From a virus, in IMG/VR virus record IMGVR_UViG_3300038528_000023: 34,856 bases of DNA; one strand, written 5' to 3'. The translations under genes were made by a program, and so were the position numbers. Below the pieces are notes generated by a model, which saw only the letters and a list, made by a program, of their open reading frames with translations, was not told where the DNA came from and ran no database searches. This document shows, piece by piece, positions 15,833 to 24,399 of this stretch; positions within the stretch are counted from its first letter, which is position 1, and each line of letters opens with the position of its first letter.

Positions 15833-15920
15833 TCGGCGGCGGTTGGCTTTGTCGGGCTGGGGCCCGAATCTGGTGGCACACGCGAAAGACAGCATCTCGC
15901 ACCCCCGATTGGAGAGCAAC

Positions 15921-16748
15921 ATGAAAAAATGGTTTCGAGTGGCCACTCAAGGTGCCACTACCGACGGACGGGCAATCAGCCGCGCCTGGATCGAACAGAT
16001 GGCCGCGAACTTCAACCGGGAGAAATACGGCGCCCGGGTCTGGCTTGAACACATGCGCGGCATGTTCGCCGATGGGCCTTTCAAGGCTTTTGGTGACGTG
16101 ACTGCAGTGAAGGCCGAAGAGAATGACGCAGGCAAGCTGGAGCTGTTCGCGGAGATCGATCCCACCGAAGACCTAGTCAAAATGACAAAGGACCGGCAGA
16201 AGATTTACACCTCCATCGAGGTCGATCCCGAGTTCTCGGACACCGGCGAAGCCTATCTGGTAGGTCTGGCCGTGACTGATTCCCCCGCATCCCTGGGCAC
16301 CGAAATGCTCCAGTTCAGCAGTAGGGCCAAAAACAGCCCGCTGAATGCGCGGAAGCAGCGTGCGGAAAACCTCTTCTCAGAAGCCGTTGAAGCAGAGCTG
16401 GATTTCTCTGAAGCAGTCAGCGACCAGGGCAGCGGTGATCAAGGCGGTGAATCCATGCTGACCAAGGTAAAAGCCCTGTTCAGCAAACACCGCGACGCCA
16501 CGGCCGCCCGCTTCTCGGATTTCCGGGCCGATCTGGAGAAAACCCTGGAGCTGTTCGTGTCTGAAGGCCAGCATCTGCGCAGCTCTATGGACGGAGTCCA
16601 GCACGAGTACGCACAGCTGAAGCAGTCTCATGAAGCCCTTGAGCAGAGCTTCAACGAGCTGAAGAACCAGCTTGAAACCACGCCTCACCAACACAGTCCC
16701 CGCACGCCGGCCACCGGTGGTCAGAACGCTATCCTCACCGACTGCTGA
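15921..16748 (+). CDS. O: Capsid scaffolding protein (P2 gpO family)
   Basis: MKKWFRVATQGATTDGRAISRAWIEQMAANFNREKYGARVWLEHMRG parallels the P2 gpO N-terminus. A GGAGAG Shine-Dalgarno precedes ATG 15921. I reject the track start at 15804. Confidence 0.85.
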   Translation: MKKWFRVATQGATTDGRAISRAWIEQMAANFNREKYGARVWLEHMRGMFADGPFKAFGDVTAVKAEENDAGKLELFAEIDPTEDLVKMTKDRQKIYTSIEVDPEFSDTGEAYLVGLAVTDSPASLGTEMLQFSSRAKNSPLNARKQRAENLFSEAVEAELDFSEAVSDQGSGDQGGESMLTKVKALFSKHRDATAARFSDFRADLEKTLELFVSEGQHLRSSMDGVQHEYAQLKQSHEALEQSFNELKNQLETTPHQHSPRTPATGGQNAILTDC

Positions 16749-16761
16749 AGGAAGTCAGATT

Positions 16762-17769
16762 ATGCGCAACGAATCCAGAGTACAGTTCAACAAGCTCCGC
16801 CGCCGGATCGCGGAGCTCAATGGCGTAGAGTCCGCCGCCGAAACCTTCGCGGTGGAACCGTCCGTCCAGCAGCGGCTGGAACAGCGAATTCAGGAATCCA
16901 GCGGCTTTCTGAACCGGATCAACGTGATCGGCGTGGACGAAGTCAAAGGCGAGAAGATCGGCCTGGGCGTGGGATCCACCATTGCCGGGCGCACCGATGT
17001 GTCAGCCAAGGATCGCACACCGCGCGATCTGAGTGACCTGGGCGCGAACGGTTACGAGTGCTTCCTGACCGAATTCGACACCGCCGTGCCCTACGCCAAA
17101 ATCGACGCCTGGGCCAAGTTCCCCAACTTCCAGGCCATGTTGCGCGACGCGATCGTGAAGCAGCAGGCCCTAGACCGGATCATGATCGGCTTCAACGGCC
17201 TCAGCGCTGCATCCGAGACAGACCGGGTAGCCAACCCGCTTCTGGAAGACGTCAACAAAGGCTGGCTCCAGCACTACCGCACCACTTCCCCAGAGCGGGT
17301 AATGGATGAGGTAGTGGCAGCATCTGGCGAAGTCACTGTTGGCTCAACCGGTGACTACAAGAACCTGGACGCCCTGGTTTACGACGTGGTTCACAGCATG
17401 CTGGATCCGTGGCACCGGGAAAGCCAGGATCTGGTGGTGCTGGTTGGCCGCACCCTGATGAGCGACAAGTACTTCCCGCTGATCAACAAGGATAACGATC
17501 CGACTGAACAGCAGGCACTGGATCTGATCGTCAGCCAGATGCGCATTGGCGGCCTGCAGGGCGTGCAGGTACCGTTCATTCCGGACGGAACCATGATGGT
17601 CACCACCATGGAAAACCTGTCCATCTATTACCAGAACGGCGGCCGCCGCCGTCACGTCATGGACAACCCGAAGCGCAACCGCATCGAGAACTACGAGTCT
17701 TCAAACGAGGCCTACGTAGTGGAAGATTTCGGCGCCGGCGCCGTGGTCGAGAACATAACACTGGTGTAA
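16762..17769 (+). CDS. N: Major capsid protein (P2 gpN family)
   Basis: MRNESRVQFNKLRRRIAELNGVESAAETFAVEPSVQQRLEQRIQESSGFLNRINVIGVDEVKGEKIGLGV closely parallels P2 gpN. Confidence 0.9.
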   Translation: MRNESRVQFNKLRRRIAELNGVESAAETFAVEPSVQQRLEQRIQESSGFLNRINVIGVDEVKGEKIGLGVGSTIAGRTDVSAKDRTPRDLSDLGANGYECFLTEFDTAVPYAKIDAWAKFPNFQAMLRDAIVKQQALDRIMIGFNGLSAASETDRVANPLLEDVNKGWLQHYRTTSPERVMDEVVAASGEVTVGSTGDYKNLDALVYDVVHSMLDPWHRESQDLVVLVGRTLMSDKYFPLINKDNDPTEQQALDLIVSQMRIGGLQGVQVPFIPDGTMMVTTMENLSIYYQNGGRRRHVMDNPKRNRIENYESSNEAYVVEDFGAGAVVENITLV

Positions 17770-17779
17770 AGGGGGCGTA

Positions 17780-18613
17780 ATGGTTAGTCCAGCCAAGAAG
17801 CGCTTCGAAAAAGTCCAGGCCGCCCGGGAGGCGGCCAGGGCCGAAGCACAGGAAAAAGCCCGCAAGGCACAGGGAAAGCGGGAAGAGCAGGCCGCAAAAC
17901 GGGGCAGCGAAGCAAAGCCGAACCCGTTCCAGAAACAGCCATCGGGCGGCGGACCGCTTAGCCCGGCCGCCAAGCGCTACCAGCGCAAACTGGTTGAAAA
18001 GGAAGCATCGGCATCAACACCTGATCGCCCCACGGGCGACGCTTACGAACTGCACCTGGCAGCGATCATCGAGGACACCCGGCGATTGCACGACATCCAG
18101 AGCATCGAGCGCAAGGTAGAGGCCAAACGCGAACTGCTGCCCAACTACGAAGAGTATGTAAAGGGCGTACTGCAGGCCGCACCCGGGCACCAGGACGAAG
18201 TCCTGATGACGCTGATGGTCTGGTACCTGGACGTGGGTGATCTGGAAACCGGCTTGGATATTGCTGATTACGCCGTGGCCAACGGGCTGGAAACACCGGA
18301 CCGTTACCAACGGACCACCGCCAACCTGGTGGCTGAAGAAGTGGCCGTGTCAGCGCTGGAAACCGAGGGTGAAGACCCCGATGGAAAATTCATCCAAGCC
18401 GTTGAGCGCACTGTGAACATGTTCGGGGAATCCGACATGCACGACCAGGTAAAGGCAAAGCTCTACAAGGCTTACGGGTACCGCCTGCGTGACAGCGGCA
18501 AACCCGATCAAGCGCTGGATGCCCTCGACCGCGCCCTGAAACTGAACGATCGCGCCGGCGTGAAGAAGGACATCGAGGCGCTGAGGAAAGAACTGAAGAA
18601 TTCCGGCGAATAG
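17780..18613 (+). CDS. M: Terminase small (endonuclease) subunit (P2 gpM family)
   Basis: 277 aa. After a Lys/Ala-rich N-terminus, the core YELHLAAIIEDTRRLHDIQSIERKVEAKRELLPNYEEYV...LMVWYLDVGDLETGLDIADYAV is gpM-like. Confidence 0.85.
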   Translation: MVSPAKKRFEKVQAAREAARAEAQEKARKAQGKREEQAAKRGSEAKPNPFQKQPSGGGPLSPAAKRYQRKLVEKEASASTPDRPTGDAYELHLAAIIEDTRRLHDIQSIERKVEAKRELLPNYEEYVKGVLQAAPGHQDEVLMTLMVWYLDVGDLETGLDIADYAVANGLETPDRYQRTTANLVAEEVAVSALETEGEDPDGKFIQAVERTVNMFGESDMHDQVKAKLYKAYGYRLRDSGKPDQALDALDRALKLNDRAGVKKDIEALRKELKNSGE

Positions 18614-18716
18614 CCGGACCCGAGTCGGCACCCCGACGCCAGGCGGCACGGGGCCCTGAGCCAAGGCTACGCCACAAGCTCTACGGCCCCGTCCACCGCC
18701 TTCACACGGAGGCAAC

Positions 18717-19178
18717 ATGAGCCTGATTGCAGCCGGTGGTACCACCGAAACCATCACCATCACCAACGCCAGCTTCTTTCCTGATCTTCAACTTCAGAAC
18801 TTCCGGGAAGCGATGCGGATCGACGGCACGGTCACTGACAGCCGCGCCGTTCACGCCCTTGAGGCGGCGATGTACGAAGCCAACCAGCTGCTGGCCAAGT
18901 GGATGCAGGAACAGCAGGATGCCGGTGTTGACGCCATCGAGGATACGCCCCAGCCCACCTGGCAGCCTGCCGGTTATCACAAATCCCTTTACTTGCGTGC
19001 GGTCTGGTCACTGGCCAAGTCCAACCTGGTAGAGCGGTACCGAGACTATGACAGCACCGGCGCCGGGCACGACCGCGCTGAAGCCCTGGAAATGACGGAC
19101 GACGACTACCGGCGTGATGCTGCCTGGGCGCTTTCAGACATTCGAGGCAGGGCCCGAACCACCGTGGAGCTGATCTGA
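18717..19178 (+). CDS. L: Head completion/stabilisation protein (P2 gpL family)
   Basis: 153 aa. ITITNASFFPDLQLQNFREAMRIDGTVTDSRAVHALEAAM is the gpL pattern, and the gene follows M. Confidence 0.85.
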   Translation: MSLIAAGGTTETITITNASFFPDLQLQNFREAMRIDGTVTDSRAVHALEAAMYEANQLLAKWMQEQQDAGVDAIEDTPQPTWQPAGYHKSLYLRAVWSLAKSNLVERYRDYDSTGAGHDRAEALEMTDDDYRRDAAWALSDIRGRARTTVELI

Positions 19179-19384
19179 TGATAGAAGTCAGGGCGATACA
19201 GGGCGACACCTTGGACCGCATCTGCTACCGGGTTTATGGCCACACTGCTGGCGTCACTGAAGCCGCCTATGAAGCCAATCCGGGGCTTGCGAGCTTTGGC
19301 CCTACCATTCCCGCGGGGACCCTGGTGAAACTGCCAGAGGCAGACCGGCAACCCACTCAACCGACCGTCCAGCTGTGGAACTGA
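19178..19384 (+). CDS. X: Tail protein X (P2 gpX, LysM-like)
   Basis: 68 aa. VRAIQGDTLDRICYRVYGHTAGVTEAAYEANPGL is the gpX pattern. Confidence 0.85.
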   Translation: MIEVRAIQGDTLDRICYRVYGHTAGVTEAAYEANPGLASFGPTIPAGTLVKLPEADRQPTQPTVQLWN

Positions 19385-19393
19385 GGAGACGGC

Positions 19394-19807
19394 ATGCCTG
19401 AACAACGGGCCGAAGCGATGCAACTGCAAGAAATGGTCGCCCTCGACTGGGCGGCGAGACTCAGACAACTGGAAGATCTCCACCCCAGGGTAAACGCCCT
19501 GGAGAACGCCGTTTCTGACATCCGCGGCGACCTGCGGGAGTTCACTGTGAGCCAAAAGGAGCAGCAAAAAGAAACCAAGGAAGCGCTGGAGAAGTTCCTC
19601 GAGCAGAACAAGGAGTACATAGAAAAAAGCGATAAAACCACCGCTGAAGCGATCGATGGCTTGGGTAAAATCGTTTCCGGGCTTTCCCGAAAGGTCTGGT
19701 TTTTCGCGGGCGCAATCTGGGTGCTTATTGGCATCGCAGCGCTTGGTTTCACCCTGCGTAAAGAGCTTTTCAGCGCAGCACTGACCTTGATAGGAGCAAA
19801 CAGCTGA
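19394..19807 (+). CDS. Coiled-coil protein with a single C-terminal transmembrane helix (holin-position gene)
   Basis: 137 aa. The TM segment is VWFFAGAIWVLIGIAALGFTL. The gene is immediately upstream of the endolysin, but its topology is atypical for the P2 gpY holin. Confidence 0.4.
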   Translation: MPEQRAEAMQLQEMVALDWAARLRQLEDLHPRVNALENAVSDIRGDLREFTVSQKEQQKETKEALEKFLEQNKEYIEKSDKTTAEAIDGLGKIVSGLSRKVWFFAGAIWVLIGIAALGFTLRKELFSAALTLIGANS

Positions 19808-20604
19808 TGATCCGGATCGGAGACGTAGGACAGCATGTGGCCGCACTTCAACAGGCCCTGAAATCAACGGGTGTCGCCATTGAAGTGGATGGGTGGTTTG
19901 GCGACGCCACCGAAAAGGCGGTCATCCGCTTCCAGCGTGATCAGGGGTTAATGGTCGACGGTGTCGCCGGGCCGGCAACACTGGGCAGGCTGAACCCGAA
20001 CAGCACCCAAAACTCCGGAAAGGAGCTCTGCGAAAAAGACCTGAAGGCCGCCGCTCGAAAACTCGGGGTTCAGCTGGCTGCCATCAAGGCGGTAACCGAA
20101 GTGGAGAGCAAGGAAAGCGGCTTCCTGCCGTCTGGCCGTCCGGTCATTCTCTTCGAGCGTCACGTCATGTTCCGCCGACTGGATAATTCAGCACGCGCCC
20201 ACAATGCGGCCAAGTTCCCGGCCATCGTCAATGAAGACCCAGGCGGATACGTTGGCGGCGATGGTGAATGGCGACGATTGAAACGGGCCAGCGCTATCGA
20301 CCGATCCACTGCCATCGAGTCAGCCAGTTGGGGCCTGTTCCAGATCATGGGCTTTCACTGGCAGGGATTGGGGTACGCCTCCGCCGCTGACTATTCGGAA
20401 GCAATGCACCGAAGCGAGTGTGAACACCTGGAAGCCTTTGTTCGCTTCATCAAACAGGACAAAGCCTTGCACGCCGCATTGAAAGACCGGGACTGGCCCG
20501 CCTTTGCCGAACGCTACAACGGCCCGGCCTACGCCCGCAACCAGTACGACACCCGCATGGCCACAGCTTATGACCGGTACCGGCAGCTGGGGCGTGCCGC
20601 GTGA
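19807..20604 (+). CDS. Endolysin: N-terminal peptidoglycan-binding domain + C-terminal N-acetylmuramidase (DUF3380-type)
   Basis: PG_binding_1 pattern: VAALQQALKSTGVAIEVDGWFGDATEKAVIRFQRDQGLMVDGVAGPATL. The C-terminus SWGLFQIMGFHWQGLGY...FAERYNGPAYARNQYD is DUF3380-like. Confidence 0.8.
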   Translation: MIRIGDVGQHVAALQQALKSTGVAIEVDGWFGDATEKAVIRFQRDQGLMVDGVAGPATLGRLNPNSTQNSGKELCEKDLKAAARKLGVQLAAIKAVTEVESKESGFLPSGRPVILFERHVMFRRLDNSARAHNAAKFPAIVNEDPGGYVGGDGEWRRLKRASAIDRSTAIESASWGLFQIMGFHWQGLGYASAADYSEAMHRSECEHLEAFVRFIKQDKALHAALKDRDWPAFAERYNGPAYARNQYDTRMATAYDRYRQLGRAA

Positions 20605-20810
20605 AATTCACTCCGGAGCAGCTGGACGCCTGGCGCGTTGTCCCTCGCCTGTTGGTCATCCTTTACGGATGGTTGTGCTTTGACACTCACCAGTGGTTCA
20701 CCGCCCTGGGCGATCCGGCCACCCCTCAGCAGCTTTACGCCAGCGTGATCTGGGGCGGTGCCGCCGCCTGGTTTGGTTTCTACGTCAACAGCGGGCGAAA
20801 GCAGGAATGA
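20601..20810 (+). CDS. Small two-TM membrane protein (candidate holin/antiholin)
   Basis: 69 aa with a GTG start overlapping the endolysin stop. Hydrophobic segments are VVPRLLVILYGWLCF and VIWGGAAAWFGFYV. Confidence 0.5.
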   Translation: MKFTPEQLDAWRVVPRLLVILYGWLCFDTHQWFTALGDPATPQQLYASVIWGGAAAWFGFYVNSGRKQE

Positions 20811-21277
20811 AGGTTTACCTGGTAATCGGTTTAGTGGTCGCTGCCCTGTGCGGCGCCCTCTGGTACAGCATTGAGCGCAATCTGGCCACAAGCGGCAAGC
20901 TGGCTTCTGTGTCCGGGGCTCTGGATCGGCAAGAGCAGGAGCACAAGGACACGAAGGGCCGGCTTGCGGAAATGGTTGTTGCCCGTGACCGCCTGGCCGG
21001 CCGGATCCGGCGCATCGAAACAGTGGAAGCAAACCTTGAAGCCCAGCTGGACGCTGAGAAAGCGAAGCGGGCAGCCCTGGAGGAAGAGAATGAAGCGTAT
21101 AGGAATTGGGCTGGCGCTGACCTGCCTGGTGTTGTTGGCCGGCTGCTCCGGGAAAGTCCGCTATATACAGACCACCGATTACCTGGTGTGCGGCAACGTG
21201 AAGCCACTGGCGACGCCGGAACGCCACCCCAGCCGGGCAGCTCTGAAAAAGAACGCCAGCCTGCTGGATCTGATTGA
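20807..21277 (+). CDS. i-spanin (Rz/LysB-like)
   Basis: N-terminal TM MKVYLVIGLVVAALCGALWY followed by a charged coiled coil. ATGA overlap with the upstream gene. Confidence 0.7.
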   Translation: MKVYLVIGLVVAALCGALWYSIERNLATSGKLASVSGALDRQEQEHKDTKGRLAEMVVARDRLAGRIRRIETVEANLEAQLDAEKAKRAALEEENEAYRNWAGADLPGVVGRLLRESPLYTDHRLPGVRQREATGDAGTPPQPGSSEKERQPAGSD

Positions 21278-21389
21278 CCAGTACGCGGTTAAGCTGAACA
21301 CCCTAAACGAACGCATGGCAGAAATCGCCGATGAAGTGGGTGACTGCGAAACCCAAGCCCGAACCCTGAGCACGCCGGAGCCGCAATGA
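21090..21389 (+). CDS. o-spanin lipoprotein (Rz1/LysC-like), overlapping the i-spanin 3' end in another frame
   Basis: The signal MKRIGIGLALTCLVLLAGC carries an LAGC lipobox. The gene starts inside the i-spanin gene and extends 112 nt beyond it, the P2 lysB/lysC-type overlapped architecture. Confidence 0.7.
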   Translation: MKRIGIGLALTCLVLLAGCSGKVRYIQTTDYLVCGNVKPLATPERHPSRAALKKNASLLDLIDQYAVKLNTLNERMAEIADEVGDCETQARTLSTPEPQ

Positions 21390-21847
21390 AAAAACTGGAA
21401 GACCTACGCGGGCACATACTGGCCAACGTGCCAAACCTGAAGCGCAACCCGGAAAAGCTGCTGACCTTTATCGAAGATGGCAGCATCGAGTTCTGGGAGG
21501 GCCCGAACCTCAGCCACATGTACTCTTTTCCGATCCAGCTGATCATCACAGACTATTCCGGATCCGTGGACAACATCATCCTGCCGTTACTGTCCTGGCT
21601 CAAAGTCCGGGAGCCGGGGCACGATCCGAAGAATACCCTCAGCTTTGAGGCAGAGCTGCTGAAGAACGACAGCTACGACATCGCCATCACCGTCCAGGTC
21701 ACCGAACGGGTCATCGTGAAAGCCACCGAAGCGGGCCTGGACGTGGAACACATCCTGCCAGAGCCAGCCATGGAAATGGACGCCACGGAATGGGAGATCA
21801 TCATGGACCTTCATGGCCTGGAAGAGGATGTGCCGTTCGATGACTGA
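21386..21847 (+). CDS. R: Tail completion protein R (P2 gpR family)
   Basis: MKKLEDLRGHILANVPNLKRNPEKLLTFIEDGSIEF...IQLIITDYSGSVDNIILPLLSWL is gpR-like. Confidence 0.8.
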   Translation: MKKLEDLRGHILANVPNLKRNPEKLLTFIEDGSIEFWEGPNLSHMYSFPIQLIITDYSGSVDNIILPLLSWLKVREPGHDPKNTLSFEAELLKNDSYDIAITVQVTERVIVKATEAGLDVEHILPEPAMEMDATEWEIIMDLHGLEEDVPFDD

Positions 21848-22295
21848 CGATATTGACGCGCTGTCCGGGTGGGCCGAGCCATTGCTTCGCAAGATGGAGC
21901 CCGCTGAACGCCGCAAGCTGATGAAATCGATATCCCGTGGTCTGCGGAAGTCCAACCAGGAGCGCATGAAGAAGCAGGAAGGCCCGGACGGTAAGCGGTG
22001 GGAACCCCGAAAACCCCGGAAGTTGAAAGGCAAATCCGGCGGCATCCGCAAGAAGGCCATGTTCACCAAACTGCGAACGGCCAAGTTTCTGAAGATCCAG
22101 ACCGACCCGAACAGCGCCGGCCTGGCGTTTGGCGGCATTGCCGGTCGAATCGCCCGTACCCACCACTACGGCTTGCGGGCAAAGGTGGATCGGGATGGCC
22201 CGGTTTACGACTACCCGGCCCGGCCCCTGATCGGCACCACCCGGGAAGACCTGGAAATGATCACCGAAAAGATCCTGGAGCACATCTCCCCGTAG
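21840..22295 (+). CDS. S: Tail completion / virion morphogenesis protein S (P2 gpS family)
   Basis: MTDDIDALSGWAEPLLRKMEPAERRKLMKSISRGLRKSNQERMKKQEGPDGKRWEPRK is gpS-like. The start at 21840 overlaps the gpR end. Confidence 0.8.
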   Translation: MTDDIDALSGWAEPLLRKMEPAERRKLMKSISRGLRKSNQERMKKQEGPDGKRWEPRKPRKLKGKSGGIRKKAMFTKLRTAKFLKIQTDPNSAGLAFGGIAGRIARTHHYGLRAKVDRDGPVYDYPARPLIGTTREDLEMITEKILEHISP

Positions 22296-22304
22296 CCCCG
22301 CGTT

Positions 22305-22325
22305 TTGTCAGAAAGCCCCGGACAA
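22305..22325. promoter_or_regulatory. TTGT-N13-ACAA dyad upstream of gene V (site 1)
   Basis: TTGTcagaaagccccggACAA lies in the 76-bp S/V intergenic region. Confidence 0.5.
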
Positions 22326-22341
22326 CCGCCCCCGCTTCCTG

Positions 22342-22362
22342 TTGTCATCGCCCACGCGACAA
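22342..22362. promoter_or_regulatory. TTGT-N13-ACAA dyad upstream of gene V (site 2)
   Basis: TTGTcatcgcccacgcgACAA lies 37 bp downstream of site 1, with its centre only 20 bp before the V start codon. Confidence 0.35.
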
Positions 22363-22371
22363 ACTGGGGTT

Positions 22372-22956
22372 ATGGACAGGATCACTGAAGCATTCCGGCT
22401 TATTAACAACATCGTTCGCATCGGCACCATTGCCGAGGTGGACGTAACCGGCGCCCGCGCGCGAGTCAAAGCCGGGGATAACCTGACCGGGTGGCGGCCG
22501 TGGGCCTCAGCCAGAACGGGCACGACCATAGACTGGGATCCCCCCACCGTTGGCGAGCAGGTTGTGCTGTTCTCGCCGGCGGGCGATCTGGCCCAGGCCA
22601 TCATTTTTACCGGCATATACGCGGGCAACGCCCCGAAGGACAGTGCCGACCTTTGCCACCGGGAGTTTCCGGACGGATCGCGCATCACCTACGACCACCA
22701 GAAAAAGCTTTTGGATGTGCACCTGGCCGGAGACACCACCATCAACGTGACCGGCGATGCCACCATCAACATCGGCGGAGATGCCAAAACCGCCGTGGGC
22801 GGCAACTGCGACCTGGACGTGGCCAAGGTCTGCAAGGTTAACGCCCAGAAGATCCACCACAACAGCGGTAAAGGTGTCGTTACCCAGGGGCACATCTGCC
22901 ACTTCACCGGCAACCCCCACGGCGACGGCTCCAGCACCGTGACGGCAGGAAAGTAA
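22372..22956 (+). CDS. V: Baseplate spike / assembly protein V (P2 gpV family)
   Basis: ITEAFRLINNIVRIGTIAEVDVTGARARVKAGDNLTGWRPW aligns with the P2 gpV N-terminus. The C-terminus GHICHFTGNPHGDGSS is typical. I prefer the start at ATG 22372 to the track TTG at 22342. Confidence 0.85.
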   Translation: MDRITEAFRLINNIVRIGTIAEVDVTGARARVKAGDNLTGWRPWASARTGTTIDWDPPTVGEQVVLFSPAGDLAQAIIFTGIYAGNAPKDSADLCHREFPDGSRITYDHQKKLLDVHLAGDTTINVTGDATINIGGDAKTAVGGNCDLDVAKVCKVNAQKIHHNSGKGVVTQGHICHFTGNPHGDGSSTVTAGK

Positions 22957-22958
22957 TC

Positions 22959-23156
22959 ATGGCTATGAGCAAAAGCGCACTTAAAGGCCGGATTGTCAGC
23001 GAAATGGAAGCCGCCGGCGCCACAGCCGCCGGCCCACACAGCTGGGTGGAGCGCCTGGCCGAAGCGATCGCCTCTGCGGTGGTCGATGAGATTCAGCAGA
23101 ACGCACAAGTGCCGGTACCGGGCGGATCGTCCGCCGGCAGCTACAAGGTGACCTGA
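22959..23156 (+). CDS. Small hypothetical protein between V and W
   Basis: 65 aa, tightly packed between baseplate genes. P2 itself has no equivalent gene here. Confidence 0.5.
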   Translation: MAMSKSALKGRIVSEMEAAGATAAGPHSWVERLAEAIASAVVDEIQQNAQVPVPGGSSAGSYKVT

Positions 23157-23494
23157 TGGGAATGAACTCAGGCGATGGCCGATCACTGACCGGTAACGAC
23201 CACATCCGGCAAAGCATCACCGACATTCTGGCCACACCGCTGGGATCCAGAGTCATGCGCCGTGACTACGGATCGCTCATCCCGGCGCTGATCGACCAGC
23301 CGCTGAATAATGCCAACCTGCTGCGGCTTTATAGCGCAACGGTGACCGCTGTGTCGCTCTGGGAGTCCCGAGTAAGGATCAGCCGGGTAAATCGTACCGT
23401 AGACGCCAGCGGGAGGGCGGTCATTGAGATCGGGGCCACCATCAAAGACTCTGGCGAACAGCAGACATTCGGTGTTCCCGTGGGAGGTGTGTAG
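23156..23494 (+). CDS. W: Baseplate protein W (gp25/GPW family)
   Basis: HIRQSITDILATPLGSRVMRRDYGSLIPALIDQP is the GPW/gp25 signature. Confidence 0.85.
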   Translation: MGMNSGDGRSLTGNDHIRQSITDILATPLGSRVMRRDYGSLIPALIDQPLNNANLLRLYSATVTAVSLWESRVRISRVNRTVDASGRAVIEIGATIKDSGEQQTFGVPVGGV

Positions 23495-24399
23495 TGCCAA
23501 GCCATATAGATCTTTCTCTGCTGCCGGCCCCGACCATCATCGACCCGCTGGATTTCGAGACCATTCTGGAATCTAGGAAAAGCAGGCTTTTGGAGCTCAC
23601 CCCCGAATCAGAGCGCCAAGAGCTGGCCGAAACCCTGGCGCTGGAAAGCGAGCCGCTGACAAAGTTCCTCGAGGAGTCGGCATATCGAGAGCTCAATCTA
23701 CGCCAGCAGCACAATGAGCGCGCGAAGTCGCTACTTCTGGCCTATGCCACCGGCCCGGAGCTGGACCATATCGGCGTCACCTATTACCTGACTGAGCGCC
23801 TGACGCTGGACCCCGGAGAGCCTGACGCTAACCCGCCCACGCCACCAACCATGGAAAGCGACCCCGACTACCTGCGCCGTATCCTGCTGGCTCATGACGC
23901 CTTCAGCACCGCCGGCAGCCGCGAGGCTTACCGGTACTTCTCACTGAGCGCCACCCCGGCCGTAAAAGATGCCGAAGCCGTCCGGCCGATTGCGGGCGTT
24001 GTGCAGGTTTATGTCTTGTCCCGTGAAGGTGATGGCGAGGCCAGCCCTGAGCTGATAACTACCGTCGAGCTGGCGCTGAATGAAGACACCGTGCGCCCGC
24101 TCACAGATACAGTTCGGGCGGGCAGCGCCACGGTTCTGGAGTTCCAGGTGATTGCCGAGCTTGAAATACAGGATGGGCCAGATACCACCGTTGTCATTTC
24201 TGAGGCCGAACGCCGCGCCAAGCAATACGTGGAAGAGCGCCACGCCCTGGGTGCAAAAATCGTTCTGGGCGCACTGGAGGCCCGGCTTTATGCGCCCGGC
24301 GTTGAGCGGGCCACCCTGCTAAGCCCAACCGCAGACATAGGTGGCGACCGGAGCGAAGCGCCCTATTGCTCCAGCATTGAGGTGACGGCGAATGGCTAG
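23494..24399 (+). CDS. J: Baseplate protein J (P2 gpJ family)
   Basis: 301 aa with a GTG start overlapping the W stop. DLSLLPAPTIIDPLDFETILESRKSRLLEL is gpJ-like. Confidence 0.85.
   Translation: MPSHIDLSLLPAPTIIDPLDFETILESRKSRLLELTPESERQELAETLALESEPLTKFLEESAYRELNLRQQHNERAKSLLLAYATGPELDHIGVTYYLTERLTLDPGEPDANPPTPPTMESDPDYLRRILLAHDAFSTAGSREAYRYFSLSATPAVKDAEAVRPIAGVVQVYVLSREGDGEASPELITTVELALNEDTVRPLTDTVRAGSATVLEFQVIAELEIQDGPDTTVVISEAERRAKQYVEERHALGAKIVLGALEARLYAPGVERATLLSPTADIGGDRSEAPYCSSIEVTANG

Noticed and set aside
15804-15920. Upstream start (15804) for the scaffold gene given by the ORF track
   Set aside because: The extension would cover the divergent promoter region and the TTGT-N13-ACAA dyad. 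ATG 15921 has a GGAGAG Shine-Dalgarno, and the protein from MKKWFRV aligns with the gpO N-terminus.
18614-18716. GC-rich hairpins between genes M and L (GCCGG-acccgag-TCGGC; CCCCG-N13-CGGGG)
   Set aside because: No U-tract follows them, and L must be co-transcribed with M in the late operon. They are probably incidental GC-rich structure rather than a terminator.
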